A stretch of 64,000 bases of DNA from the NCBI GenBank assembly GCA_038087875.1, contig JAXLNO010003783.1, positions 62,001-126,000 of the forward strand, given 5' to 3'. The translations under genes and the position numbers were made by a program. The notes under the pieces were generated by a model. It had not been told where the DNA came from, made no database searches, and saw only the letters and a program-made list of their open reading frames with translations. The stretch's first letter is position 1, and the number at the start of each line of letters is the position of its first letter. This document shows, in pieces, positions 37,571 through 49,189 of this stretch. This DNA comes from Malacoraja senta (Eukaryota).

Positions 37571-38012
37571 TTGTGGGGGATCATGCAGAAGCCTCCTCGT
37601 GGCGATCCACGGAACCGACGACACGATGCACTCTGAGACGCATCGGGCGACGAATTCTGTCAACATGTTGGACGACGACAGAAGCCAACAGTGAGCTACA
37701 CCTTGTCTGACACATGAGCGAATGAACCCTTGTTAGACTAATCAACTGAAGGTTACGACTTATAAATATGATGTGATGCAACTAATTGAGAGTGCAGCAC
37801 AGAAACAAGCCCTTTGACCCATCAAGTCCATACTAACTATTTTGGGACCTGATCTCTTTTTATCTTCCTGATATTTCCAATACCTACCCCTAGATTTTAC
37901 TCTTTAATGACACACGGAGCAATAAATGGTGGCCCGTGAACCAAATAACTGCCGTGACTTCCCTTTGTGGGTGGAATATCTGAATATCATATTTCCAAAT
38001 GTTGATCAGTAA

Positions 38013-38308
38013 GGGCGGCACGGTGGGGCAGCGATAGAGTTGCTGCCTTAAAGTGTCAGAGCCCCGGGTCCGATCCTGACTATGGGTGCTGTATGTGCGG
38101 AGTTTGTACATTTTCCCCATGACCAATGGGTTTTCGCCAAGATCTTCGGTTTCCTCCCACACTCCAAAGACGTACAGGTTTGTAGGTTAATAGGCTTGAT
38201 ATAAATGTAAATTGTCCTTCGTGTGTACGATAGTGTTAATGTGCGGGGATCTGTGCGGACTCGGGCTGAAGGGCCTGTTTCCACACTGTATCTCTAAACT
38301 AAACTAAA
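38013..38308 (+). mobile_element. V-SINE (HE1-like), full length, about 370 bp upstream of the alpha1 exon
   Basis: A-box-like TGGGGCAGCGA, B-box GGTCCGATCC, V-domain and (TAAAC)n tail. Confidence 0.9.
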
Positions 38309-38677
38309 ATAATCTAAGTAAGCTTGACATTTAGAATCATATACAGCATAGAAACAGGCCCTTCAGCCCAGCTTATCTATGCCAGCCAAGATGCCTCATC
38401 TACCCTTGACCCACCTATCTATATTTTAGCTTCGTTTAATTTATTATTAATGTCACGTGTACTGTTTTGCAGTGAAAATGTTTCTTGTGTGCTATCCAGT
38501 CAGTGAAAAAACTACATTACAATGAAGCCGTTCACAATCTATAGATACAGGGTAAATGATATCATGTTTAGTGCAATGTAAATCCAATTGGTGTTTTGCT
38601 GATTTCCCTCCAAACCTTTCCTATCCATAGAAATGTTTATTACTTGACAATAATTGTATTATTTTATTTGTGTCTAG

Positions 38678-38936
38678 GGCCTCACACACTCCTATTACTA
38701 CACCCTGAACCACGGGAGTACTCATCTACCGGAATATAGTGTCGTGGGTGTTCTGGACGGTTGTGAGATACAGTATTATGACAAAAACATGGTCATTACA
38801 GTTCCAAGACAGAAATGGATGGCGGCTGCATTTGACAGGAATTACTGGGTAACAAATACGGTCTCTGAAACTGGTTTCCATGGAATCATCAAAGGGCAAG
38901 TCGATGAATGGACGCGGAGGCAGAATGAAACAGCAA
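38678..38936 (+). CDS. MHC class I exon 2, alpha1 domain (frameshifted near the 5' end)
   Basis: Acceptor tctAG at 38676-77, donor a|GTTAGT at 38937. Reads GPHTL/[shift]YYYTLNHGSTHLPEYSVVGVLDGCEIQYYDKNMVITVPRQKWMAAAFDRNYWVTNTVSETGFHGIIKGQVDEWTRRQNETA, with the conserved N86-type glycosylation site (NET). Length is 259 nt, not a multiple of 3. Confidence 0.9.
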
Positions 38937-39814
38937 GTTAGTTCATTCATTTCTATACATTTGGAGTGTGATCAATGTTCATAAAAAAACATCTCAAAGA
39001 AATTTCTCGCTGTGCCAGAAACCCAGGTTTGATCCTGACTACACGTTCTCCCTGTGACCACAGATATTTCCTCCAGGTGCTCCGGTTTCGTTCCATATCT
39101 TGAAAACGTGAGAGTTTGTAGGTTAATTGGGCTCTGCAAATTACTCTTGTGTGCTGAGAATGGGTGAGAATGTGGGATTACATAGATGTGTAGGAAGGAA
39201 CTGAAGATGCTGGTTTACAGCAAAGATAGGCACAATGTGCTGGAGTAACTCAGCGGGACAGGCAGCATCTCTGGATACAAGGAATGGATGACTTTTCAGG
39301 TCAAGACCCTTCCTCAGACAGAGTGTTTCCCCTGACTTACTCCAGCATTTTGTGTCCATTTTGGGATAACATAGAATTAGTGTGAAAGATGATCGATGGT
39401 TGGCATGGAATTGGTGGGCCGAATGGCCCGTTTCCATGCTGAGTCACTAACCTAAGAACTGCAGATGCTGCAAATGTGAATTAAAAACCAAAAATGCCAT
39501 TGTCTGATGGCTTCATTGTCAGTTTATCACCATGGAAACCTGTCATTACCTTATCAGTGATACTCCCTATGTCCAACCATGCCTCCCACTCCTGTCTGTA
39601 ACTTACACATTCTCACAATTCTGAAGCATTAATTTTGTTTCTCTTTCCATAGGTTCTGTTGAACCTGCTGTGTGTTCCAGCATTTTACAAATAATTGAAA
39701 TGATGGCGGCTTTTTGAATGGTTAAAATCCCTTGCGTACCTCACCAATTGTTTTTACTTTTATTGACAAATGTTGAAAGAAAAGTAGTGTGAAATATTTA
39801 AAGGATAACCTAAA

Positions 39815-40035
39815 TGGCATTGTGGTTCAGCCGTAGTGATGCTGCCGTAGTGCCAGAGACCCAGGGTTGATCCTGGCCTCAGGTGCTGTCTGTACAGAGT
39901 TTGTACGTACTCCCCGTGACCTGCGTGGGATTTCCCCGGGTTCCCCGGTTTCCTCCCACACTCCAAGCCTGTATGCCAAAGGGGATCACTGGTCACTGTG
40001 GACTCTAAGGGCTGTTTTCGTGCTATATCTCTAAA
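39815..40035 (+). mobile_element. V-SINE, internally deleted
   Basis: Head, V-domain and shortened tail. Confidence 0.75.
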
Positions 40036-40734
40036 TTATCTTGGGCACCAATTGTAAAGTAAGCTGTTCAAATCCATCTGCACCACACTTGTATATCCAT
40101 ATAATTTGCAATTGAACATGTTTTATATTGTAAATCAATAAGTCCTATCACCATTACTGTGTAAATTCAATGACATTCGTAGTGTACCATTGAACAAAGC
40201 AGGACTAGGCATGAGGGGACCATCGTGAGGTGGGGGACAAAGGAGGACCTGGTGTGGGAGACTTTCTAACTTTGTCGGTGCCCTTTATGTGAAGAATCTT
40301 GACATACGTTGGGTTTACAAAACAAAGAATTTCACTGTGACTTGTCACATGTCACAATAAAGTATCATTCATTCATGATTAATTTTTTCTGAAAACATTG
40401 CTTTTTGTTACCTCTTTGGTTACACATTAAATAAATTATATTATTAATCTTTAACTGGACTAAAACAGGGTGAGGGAACTAACAGGGAACAATACATCAA
40501 AATATTATGCACTGGGCATACTTTCTATCAATTTTCCATATCTTGCAATATTTATTATTATTTTCAAATTATATGTGAATACATGTGAATGACGTTTATT
40601 AGATTATCATCTGATTCATTGAACCATGTTTATTGAATCATATTGCCTTCAAAAATATTTTTTTTATTTGCATTATTTATGGTGCACATATTATCTGCAA
40701 CATTGTTATGTTTATGAGATTTATGAGCATATTG

Positions 40735-41680
40735 TCGGGGCTCAAGGGTGTGAACAAGAGGGAGAGATTGGGCAAGCCAGGGCTTTATTCCATGGAGCAC
40801 AGGAGGCTGAGGGGTGATCATATAGGGGTGCTTAAAATCATGAGGGGAATTGATAGACCGTATGCCCAGAGCCTTTTACCCAGAGAAGGGGAATAAAATA
40901 ACCAGAGGACATGGGTTTAATGTGAGAGGGGGAAGATTTAATTGGAACTTGGGGGCAAACTTTGTGCTCAGAGAGTGGTCAGCAAATGGAATGACCTGCC
41001 AGAGAATGGAGTTGCGGCAGGTACAATAACAATATTTAAAAGACACATGGACAGGGACATGCATAGGTAGATAAAAGTGCTGGAGAAACTCAGCGGGTGA
41101 GGCAGCATCTATGTAGCGAAGGAAATAGGCAACGTTTCGGGCCGAAAACCCTTCTTCAGACTGATGTGAGGGTGGGGGGGGGAGGAGGGGGAGTGGGGGG
41201 GTGGGCGCAGGAAGAAGAAAGGAAGAGGTGGAGCCAGTGGGCTGAGGGAGAGCTGAGAAGGGGAGGAGAAAGCAAGAACTACCTGAAATTAGAGAAGTCA
41301 ATGTTCATACCGCTGGGGTGTAAACTGCCCAAGCGAAAAATGAGGTGCTGCTCCTCCAATTTACGGTGGTCCTCACTCTGGCCATGGAGGAGACCGAGGG
41401 CAGAAAGGTCGGATTTGGAATGGGAGGGGGGAGTTGAAGTGCTGATCCACCGGGAGATCAGGTTAGTTGTTGCGAACCGAGCGGAGGCGTTCGGCGAAAC
41501 GATCGCCAAGCCTGCGCTTGGTCTCACCGATGTAGAGCAGCTGACATCTAGAGAGAAACGTTTCGAATGATGTCTACCCATAGCATGGTAAATGGGACTA
41601 GCTTAAATGGGGTATCTTGATTAGCTTGGACAAGTTGGGCCAAAGGGCTTGTTTCCCTGCTGTGTGACTCTCTATGACTG
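40735..41680 (+). mobile_element. CR1 3' fragment interrupted by a PLE insertion
   Basis: ERLGKPGLYSMEHRRLRGD...; resumes after about 41560 with tail ttgggccaaagggcttgtttcc. Confidence 0.75.
41065..41555 (-). mobile_element. Penelope-like element 3' part with intact hammerhead core (41131-41159)
   Basis: LGLLHGQSEDHRKLEEQHLIFRLGSLHPSGMNIDF. The core's reverse complement reads CTGAAGAAGGGTTTTCGGCCCGAAACGTT. Confidence 0.9.
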
Positions 41681-42453
41681 CTTTATAGCAGAGCGCTGCT
41701 GCCTCACAGCTCTAGTGATCCGGGTTTAATCATCTCCAGTGCAGTCTGTGTGGAGTATAAGCATTCTCCCTGTGACAATGTTTGTTCTCCAGTTTCCTCC
41801 CACATACCAAAATGTGCTGAATTAGTAGATTAAGCCACCGCTGCAAATAGGTGGATTTGTGGAATGAGACAGAACCGTTTTGGGGCGAATTAGTGTTGGA
41901 ATGGTTTTGTTCTCTGGGCTAGAGTGGGCTCAGGAGGCTGAAAGGCCTCTTTCTCTGTCACATGGAATTATGGGTAGTTATTTATCCTTGAATTGCCTTC
42001 TTTCTCATTTTAGTCAACAGTGTAAAATTGAACTAATTGTCTGGATTGAACTATTTAACAATTGTAGATGAAAGGAAGAGCAGAGGCTGCTTTCCTCCAC
42101 ACACAAAGTGCTGAGGAACTCAACGGGTCAAGCGGCATCTTTGGAAAACATGGGAAGGCAGATATTTCAGGTGAGGATCCTACTTCAGACTGAAGTTGGG
42201 TCACATTAGAACATGCTTTGTACTCACACTCGCAGTCCAGTGTTAGTTTTCAAGGATTTTTTGTTATTCACAGCTTGCAGTTGTTACATATTCAGCAGAG
42301 AGAAGACGAGACAAACTAAAGCATCTGCAAAGCACAACTAAAAGACCGCAGAAAGAAGCTTGAAAAGAAGGCTCTTATCTAAACAACGTACTTTCAAGAG
42401 AGAGTTAGATTTAGCTCTTAAGGCTAAAGGAATCAAGGGATATGGGGGAAAAG

Positions 42454-44268
42454 ATTAGTTAAAACAAATGTAGGTCCCTTGCCGTCAGAAACAGGTGAAT
42501 TGATCATGGGGAACAAGGACATGGCAGACCAATTGAATAACTACTTTGGTTCTGTCTTCACTAAGGAAGACTTAATTAATCTGCCGGAAATAGCAGGGGA
42601 CCGGGGGTCAAATGAGATGGAGGATCTGAGTGAAATCCAGGTAGCCGGGAAGTGGTGTTCGGTAAATTGAATGGATTAAAGGCTGATAAATCCCTAGGGC
42701 CAGATAGGCTGCATCCCAGAGTACTTAAGGAAGTAGCCCCAGAAATAGTGGATCCATTAGTGATAATTTTTCAAAACTCTTTAGATTTTGGAGTAATTCC
42801 TGAGGATTGGAGTGTAGATAATGTAACCCCACTTTTTAAAAAGGGAGGGAGAGAGAAAACGGGGAATTACAGACCAGTTAGTCTAACATTGGTAGTGGGG
42901 AAACTGCTAGAGTCAGTTATTAAAAATGGGATAGCAGCACATTTGGAAAATGGTGAAATCATTGGACAAAGTCAGCATGGATTTATGAAAGGTAAATCAT
43001 GTCTGACGAATCTTATAGAATTTTTCGAGGATGTAACTAGTAGAGTGGATAAGGGAGAACCAGTGGATGTGTTATATCTGGACTTTCAGAAGGCTTTCGA
43101 CAAGGTCCCACATAAGAGATTAATATATAAAATTAAAGCACACGGTATTGGGAGTTCTATATTGATGTGGATAGAGAACTGGCTGGCAAACAGGAAGCAA
43201 AGAGTAGGAGTAAACGGGTCCTTTTCAGAATGGCAGGCAGTGACTAGTGGGTTACCGCAAGGCTCAGTGCTGGGACCCCAGCTATTTACAATAAATATTA
43301 ATGATTTGGACGAGGGAATTGAATGCAACATCTCCAAGTTTGCGGATGACACGAAGCTGGGGGGCAGTGTTAGCTGTGAGAAGGGTGCTAGGAGGCTGCA
43401 AGATGACTTGGATAGGCTGGGTGAGTGGGTAAATGCATGGAAGATGCAGTATAATGTGGATAAATGTGAGGTTATCCACTTTGGTGGCAAAAACAGGAAA
43501 GTAGACTGTTACCTGAATGGTGGCCGATTAGGAAAAGGGGAGATGCAACGAGACCTGGGTGTCATGGTACACCAGTCATTGAAAGTAGGGATGCAGGTGC
43601 AGCAGGCAGCGATGAAAGCAAATGGTATGTTAGCATTCATAGCAAAAGGATTTGAGTATAGGAGCAGGGAGGTTCTACTGCAGTTGTACAAGGTCTTGGT
43701 GAGACCACACCTGGGGTATTGCATACAGTTTTGGTTTCCTAATCTGAGGAAGGACATTCTTGCCATAGAGGGAGTACAGAGAAGGTTCACCAGACTGATT
43801 CCTGGGATGTCAGGACTTTCATATGAAGAAAGACTGGATAGACTCGGTTTGTACTCGCTCGAATTTAGAAGATTGAGGGGGGGGATCTTATAGAAATTTA
43901 CAAAATTCTTAAGGGGTTGGACAGGCTAGATGCAGGAAGATTGTTCCCGATGATGGGGAAGTCCAGAACAAGGGGTCACAGTTTAAGGATCAAGGGGAAA
44001 TCTTTTAGGACTGAGATGAGAAAAACATTTCTTACACAGAGAGTGGTGAATCTCTGGAATTCTCTGCCACAGAAGGTAGTTGAGGCCAGTTCATTGGCTA
44101 TATTTTAGAGGGAGTTAGATGTGGCCCTTGTGGCTAAAGGGATCAGGGGGTTTGGAGAGAAAGCAGGTACAAGATACTGAGTTGGATGATCAGCCATGAT
44201 CATATTGAATGGTGATGCAGGCTCGAAGGGCCGAATGGCCTACTCCTGCACCTATTTTCTATGTTTCT
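42454..44268 (+). mobile_element. 5'-truncated CR1 LINE (about 1.8 kb) with open RT domain
   Basis: 413-aa ORF 42652-43893 contains GNYRPVSLT, QHGF, LDFQKAFDKV, QGSVLGP and FADD. Frameshift at a G8 run near 43877. 3' UTR with (tttctatg) tail. Confidence 0.95.
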
Positions 44269-44846
44269 AAAAGCAGGAATGGGGTACCGATTGAGGTACT
44301 GATTCTAGATGCAGGCATGATCATATTGAATGGCGGTGCTGGCTCGAATGGCCGAACGGCCTACTCCTGTGCCTATAATTAGTATACAAATTAGCTATTT
44401 GTGGTGTTTTTTGAAAACACGAAGACGAGAGAACGTACAGGATCTGCAGAACAACTAAAAGACTGCAGAAAGCAGCTTGAAAAGAAGGCTCTTCATCTAT
44501 ACAACATAATTATTTTTTATTCAGCTATCATTGTTTGTAGAGTTTCTTATTGTAATGAAAACATCATCCAAGTTTTGACCCTTCCTTATTACGCATGGTC
44601 CCATTAGCTCATTACCTTCATCCTAATAAAGGGTTGTTGTTCACAGTTGTGCCTAGATCTTTATCAATTATAACCTTGAGTTCACAAACTGTTCTTTGTC
44701 TCTGGGCTAAAGTTCACAGACTCTCCTTTTCAAGGAGTGAGCAGTTTTAAGCAAACTGACTTCAGCAAATCCTTACAAATTCCATCACCCCCCCCCCCCA
44801 CTTTGATTCATCAATCAATGCCAGAGGGAATGAATCATCTAAGTAA

Positions 44847-45545
44847 AGGGGCCTGTCCCACTTACGTGTCCTTGGCACGCAAATTACGCGTTGAGCCGCG
44901 ATGGTCCGGCGAAGGTCGGGCGCGATTACATGCGTACGCACAGCCGTCTGGAGCGTGTGACGTCATTTGAAGATGGACACGAAGCTGGAGTAACTCAGCA
45001 GGATCGGTAGCATCTCTGGAGAGAAGGAATGGATGATGTTTCATGTCGAGACTCTTCTTCAGTCTGAAAAGAAGGGTCTTGACCCAAAACATCACCCATT
45101 GCTTCTCTCCAGAGTTGCTGCCGGTCCCGCTGAGTTACTCCTGCATTTCATGTCTATCTTCAATTTTCTTGGCCCCGCTCTGGGAGTAGAAGTGGGGGCG
45201 GATCTATACCACAACGGCCGTGAGCCCCAGGCCGAGTTCGGCGATCGTTTGCCTGCTTCTGCTCCTGTTGAAAGTGAGACTTTGCGTCACGCCAGGGTCT
45301 TGGGCCTGTCCCACTTTGGCCGTCAGTTCGCGACATGCCTTGGCACGCGAAGATTTCGTTCACTACAAAATTATCGGAGCCCCGCGCAATGTCGCGCACA
45401 ACTACATACCCCTCCGCGCTTCCAAGTGGGACCGGCCCCTCCAAGTGGGACCGGCCCCGCGCGGCCATATGATGCCCGTGCGCCTCAACGCGACCACGAG
45501 GTCACATAATTTGTGTGCCAAGGACACGTAAGTGGGACAGGCCCT
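44847..45545. mobile_element. TTAA-type MITE (Kolobok/T2-like) containing a PLE-end fold-back (about 44975-45160)
   Basis: TIRs of about 40 bp: ggcctgtcccacttacgtgtccttggcacgcaaatta / taatttgtgtgccaaggacacgtaagtgggacaggcc. Followed by TTAA. Confidence 0.8.
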
Positions 45546-45924
45546 TAAAAATACCAAGGAAAGGTAGCGCAGCTACACATCACTGGATATCTTTAACCTG
45601 TTCAATCACTGGATATCTTTAACCTGTTCAATGCCACCGCCGAGTACACTAGGGGTCATGGCCAATAGTGAAAAATAAACTTGGCAGTGAACAGCTTAAT
45701 GGTCTCCATATTTTAGAGAAAGCCTTCAATGCCCATGAGGGGTGAGCCTTATTATATCTATGTTTCTCTAAATATAGGAAGCACTTTTGTGGTAAAAGAT
45801 GGGACAGCTCGGGCCTCGAAAAGATCCAACCTTATGTGCAGCTTTACATTTGTTTATATGCAATAAGCAAAAAGAACACAATAGAAGATAAAACATGATA
45901 ACTATAAGCAAAGCCAAGAGATCG

Positions 45925-46124
45925 TGGCCTTACACGAGTTGCTGCCTTGCAGCACCAGAGACCCGGGTTTGAACCTGACTACGAGTGGTGACTGTAGGGA
46001 GTTTGCATGTTCTCCCCGTAACCTGTGTGGCTTTTCTCTGAGATGTAGGTAAATTGGCTTGGTATAATTGTAAATTGTCCCTAGTGTGGGCTGAAGGGCC
46101 TGTTTCAGCACTGTATCTCCAAAG
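45925..46124 (+). mobile_element. V-SINE (internally deleted) whose tail is the hAT insertion site
   Basis: Head, V-domain and tail ctgtatctccaaag directly before the hAT TIR. Confidence 0.75.
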
Positions 46125-46409
46125 CAGTGGTTCTTAACCTGGGGGTCGTGACCCCCATGGGGGTCATTTGGGGGTTTTCCAGGGGTCATGAAGGGGTTGT
46201 AAAGAACATCAATTTGTTGAGCCTATTTTGAGGAATCTAACAAAGGTACATACCACACACATTATTTTGTTCACGAATACGCGTACGTATACACAGGGCC
46301 TATGAGAAGGGGGTGCAGGGGGTACATCGTACCCGGGCCCAGAGTCCAATAGGAGCCCGGGAGCTGAAGGAGGGGGGGCGGGAATTTCGTGAAATCTCAG
46401 AAAATGTTT

Positions 46410-47200
46410 GCATATATATATATTTTTTTTATTTTTTTTTATTTTTATTTATTAGAAGTACATTACATTACAACCACATACATTAATACTCGTCATTTGT
46501 ATCTTCTTACAATTAATGTACTCCCTTTATTTATTTATTTTTACACTAGAAAAGGAAAAGATTGAAAGAAAGAAGAAAGTGAAGGAAAAAGTGAAAGTGT
46601 AGAAAAGTGTAGAAAATGTAACAACAAAAAAGGACGAAGACCCTATAAGAGCGAAATTAAAAACAAAAAAAAAGAGTTAAGAGATAGGCCCTAGGAAAAA
46701 AAAGAGAAAGAGAGGAAAAAAAAAAAGAAAAAAATATATATTTTTTTGAGTATTACGTAAATAGGACATACCAACTCTTCAACTATCATCCCCCCTTACC
46801 TGACCTCAATTTTTAATTTTTTTTTAAGTACTTTTGCACCCTATGTTTGTAATAATTCTATAAATGCAGACCACGTCAGGTGGAAGTGATCTGGTTTACC
46901 TGCTAGGAGGAGTCTTATCTCTTCTAGGTGTAATGTTTCAAACATATTTGAAATCCACATATTTATAGTTGGTATTGGAGCCTTCTTCCAAAATTTTAGA
47001 ATTAGCTTTTTTCCAGTTATTAACCCATAGTCCATTAATTTCTTTTGAAACACATTTAGTTCTGGATCATCTTCCGTTATTCCGAAGTGCATATATTTTG
47101 TGAAGACTAGCATTCACATTTTGTGCCTTCAGAGTTTTATATATCGTAATTCGTAGAAATTGTGATCCATAATATAGCAGGGAATTTTAACTGGCGGGTG
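46410..47200 (-). mobile_element. L1/Tx1-clade LINE 3' fragment
   Basis: ORF 46841-47113: KKLILKFWKK..PTINMWI...LHLEEIR...W..FI, with an A-rich 3' UTR. Confidence 0.75.
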
Positions 47201-47245
47201 TGTGGTCGGGGTAACCTGATTAAAAGAGGGGGAAGGGGAAGAACC

Positions 47246-47425
47246 ATGACTACTCATGGGTCTTCCCTGTAGGAGGAGGGAGAGCACTAGGACCCAACAG
47301 AGTCATCACTACTGATGGATCTTCCCTGTAGGAGAAGGAGGGGAGAGCACTAGAACCCAGCAGAGTCATCACTACTGATGGGTCTTCCCTGTAGGAGGGG
47401 GGGGAGCACTAGGAGCCAGCAATCA
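47246..47425. repeat. Minisatellite, three units of about 60 bp
   Basis: cat(c/g)actact(g/c)atgg..cttccctgtaggagg...gagcactagg occurs three times. Confidence 0.8.
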
Positions 47426-48061
47426 GACCATGTGCTGTCTGCATGGTTTAGGTTGTGGGCCTGGTGCTATGCTGGGAACTCTGGTGAGGTGACGGGTCTG
47501 GCCCGCTGGTGGCAGGTGGAGAGGCGAGGGTCGGCAGAGTCGCTGGTGGAGGCCCGTGGGGAGCTGGAGTAGAGATATGGGCAGCAGCATCATTGGCTTT
47601 CTGAAGACAGTGAAGGTCGGCGACAGTGGCTGCGGTGGCCCTGCCCGGGGAGGTGGTGAGAGTCAGGAGCCGCGGCTGTTTCAGTGGTCCGGGCCTGGGT
47701 TTGGGTCAGTGTGTGGATGGGTGGGTGTGAGTGAGTGGGTGAGGGTGTGTGTGTGTGTGTGTGTATGTGTGTGGGTGTATGTGAGTAGGTGAGTGAGTGT
47801 GTGTCTGAGTGTATGTATGTGTTAGTGGGAGGGTGAATTTTATAAATGAAGTTAAAACCATTAGATCTGTTGAACTTGTTAACAGACTATTGACTTGGTA
47901 ACCTGTTTCCAAATGTTTGTGTTAGCTTCAGAATACTATCAACAATTCCAGCAACAGTAGCTTCTGCAGAGAGGTCATTTAGCAAACTCAAGCTGATTAA
48001 GAATTATTTAAGGTCGACAATGTCTCATCAAAGTCTTGTGGATTTGGCCAGGCTAAGTATT

Positions 48062-48545
48062 CAAAGTTAAAGTCAGATTTATTCATCACATACACCCGAA
48101 GGTGCAGTGAAGTGAATTTACCAGCAGTGATACACGTAAAAAGAACACACAATACACAATAAAATTGAACACAAACATCCACTACAGCATTCTTCACTGT
48201 GGTGGAAGGCAACACATTTCAGCAAGTCCTCCTCCTTTGTTCACCCGTGTTCGGGGCCATAACCCCTCCGTAGTCGCCGCTGGGGATGGCCCGATGTACA
48301 AGGCCCTCTCATCGGGATGATCCAAACTCCGACGTTGGGACGGACAAACACACTCTGCGGCTTGGAGGTCCCGACTCGGCACTTTCCTACTGGAGACCGC
48401 AGCTTCAGGATGTTATAGGCCGCAGGCCAGCGGTTCGAACTCGTCTCTGGTGATCCCCGGCGAGGGATCCCAGGATCCAGATGGTAAGTCCATGCCACGC
48501 CCGCGGTTAGAAGCTCCGCAGACCACTGCTCCACGGTGTCAACGT
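48062..48545 (-). mobile_element. Unclassified retroposon 3' fragment (related copy at about 51085-51790)
   Basis: Both share aacatcc..cagc..tcactgtg..gaaggcaa and gcggcttggaggtcccg. This copy splits the hAT dimerisation-domain reading. Confidence 0.55.
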
Positions 48546-49189
48546 ATTGAATCAATAGTATTGAATCATACATTGCCAGAACAATACATTTTTATGCTGT
48601 GATTTGACATTTTTCACAAAAAAAGGCCAGGAAAGCTCTTTATATAAAGTAAATTTATATAATAAATCTTTTACTTTTTACCAATAATTATGTCTTTTGA
48701 TGATATGAACTGCATTGAAACATAAAAGGATGTTTCAATGTGAATTCTTTCTCCTTATCTGTATTGTAGCATAAACAAAGATGTTCAAAACAAAGCTAGA
48801 TAAAATGCTGGAGAAACTCAACGGGGAGGCAGCATCTATAGAGTGAAGGAAAACAAATGTGCTTTCTGATCCTTTTATTTTATTTATACTTATTTATATT
48901 TATCATGGAGGGTGTATAGGGACATAAGGCCTCAAATGCAGAAAATCAACAGAGCGCCCCATTCCACCCCTCTCTCATCTTCCATACCCCTTTTTGCCGT
49001 GCAGGCTACAGCTCATGGCATAAAACTGTAGCATAGTGGATAAAAACAGGATGACTAATGGAGAAGGGAAGGGGGCCCAAAAGATACTTTGTACCCACTG
49101 ATAAAATTCCTCTCAGGCCCTGCGTATACACGCACAAACAGTGTGTGTTGTGAACCATGTCTTCCAAGACGCGCACGTATAGTGAAACA

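Larger units (their letters stand above)
46290..48990 (+). mobile_element. Second hAT (Tip100/ZMYM1-like) relic nested in the Buster element
   Basis: Dimerisation-domain reading FPNVCVSFRILSTIPATVASAERSFSKLKLIKNYLRSTMS at 47906-48061, continued at about 48557-48640. Ends are uncertain. Confidence 0.65.

Noticed and set aside
38013-38085. tRNA gene calls for the SINE heads
   Set aside because: A and B boxes are present, but the heads run directly into the V-domain and LINE-derived tail with no cloverleaf acceptor stem or terminator.
38678-38700. Phase-0 reading GLTHSYYYT that would make alpha1 intact
   Set aside because: The only plausible leader exon ends in phase 1, as class I leaders normally do, and it gives the canonical GPHTL start. 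A frameshift is more parsimonious unless another leader exists.
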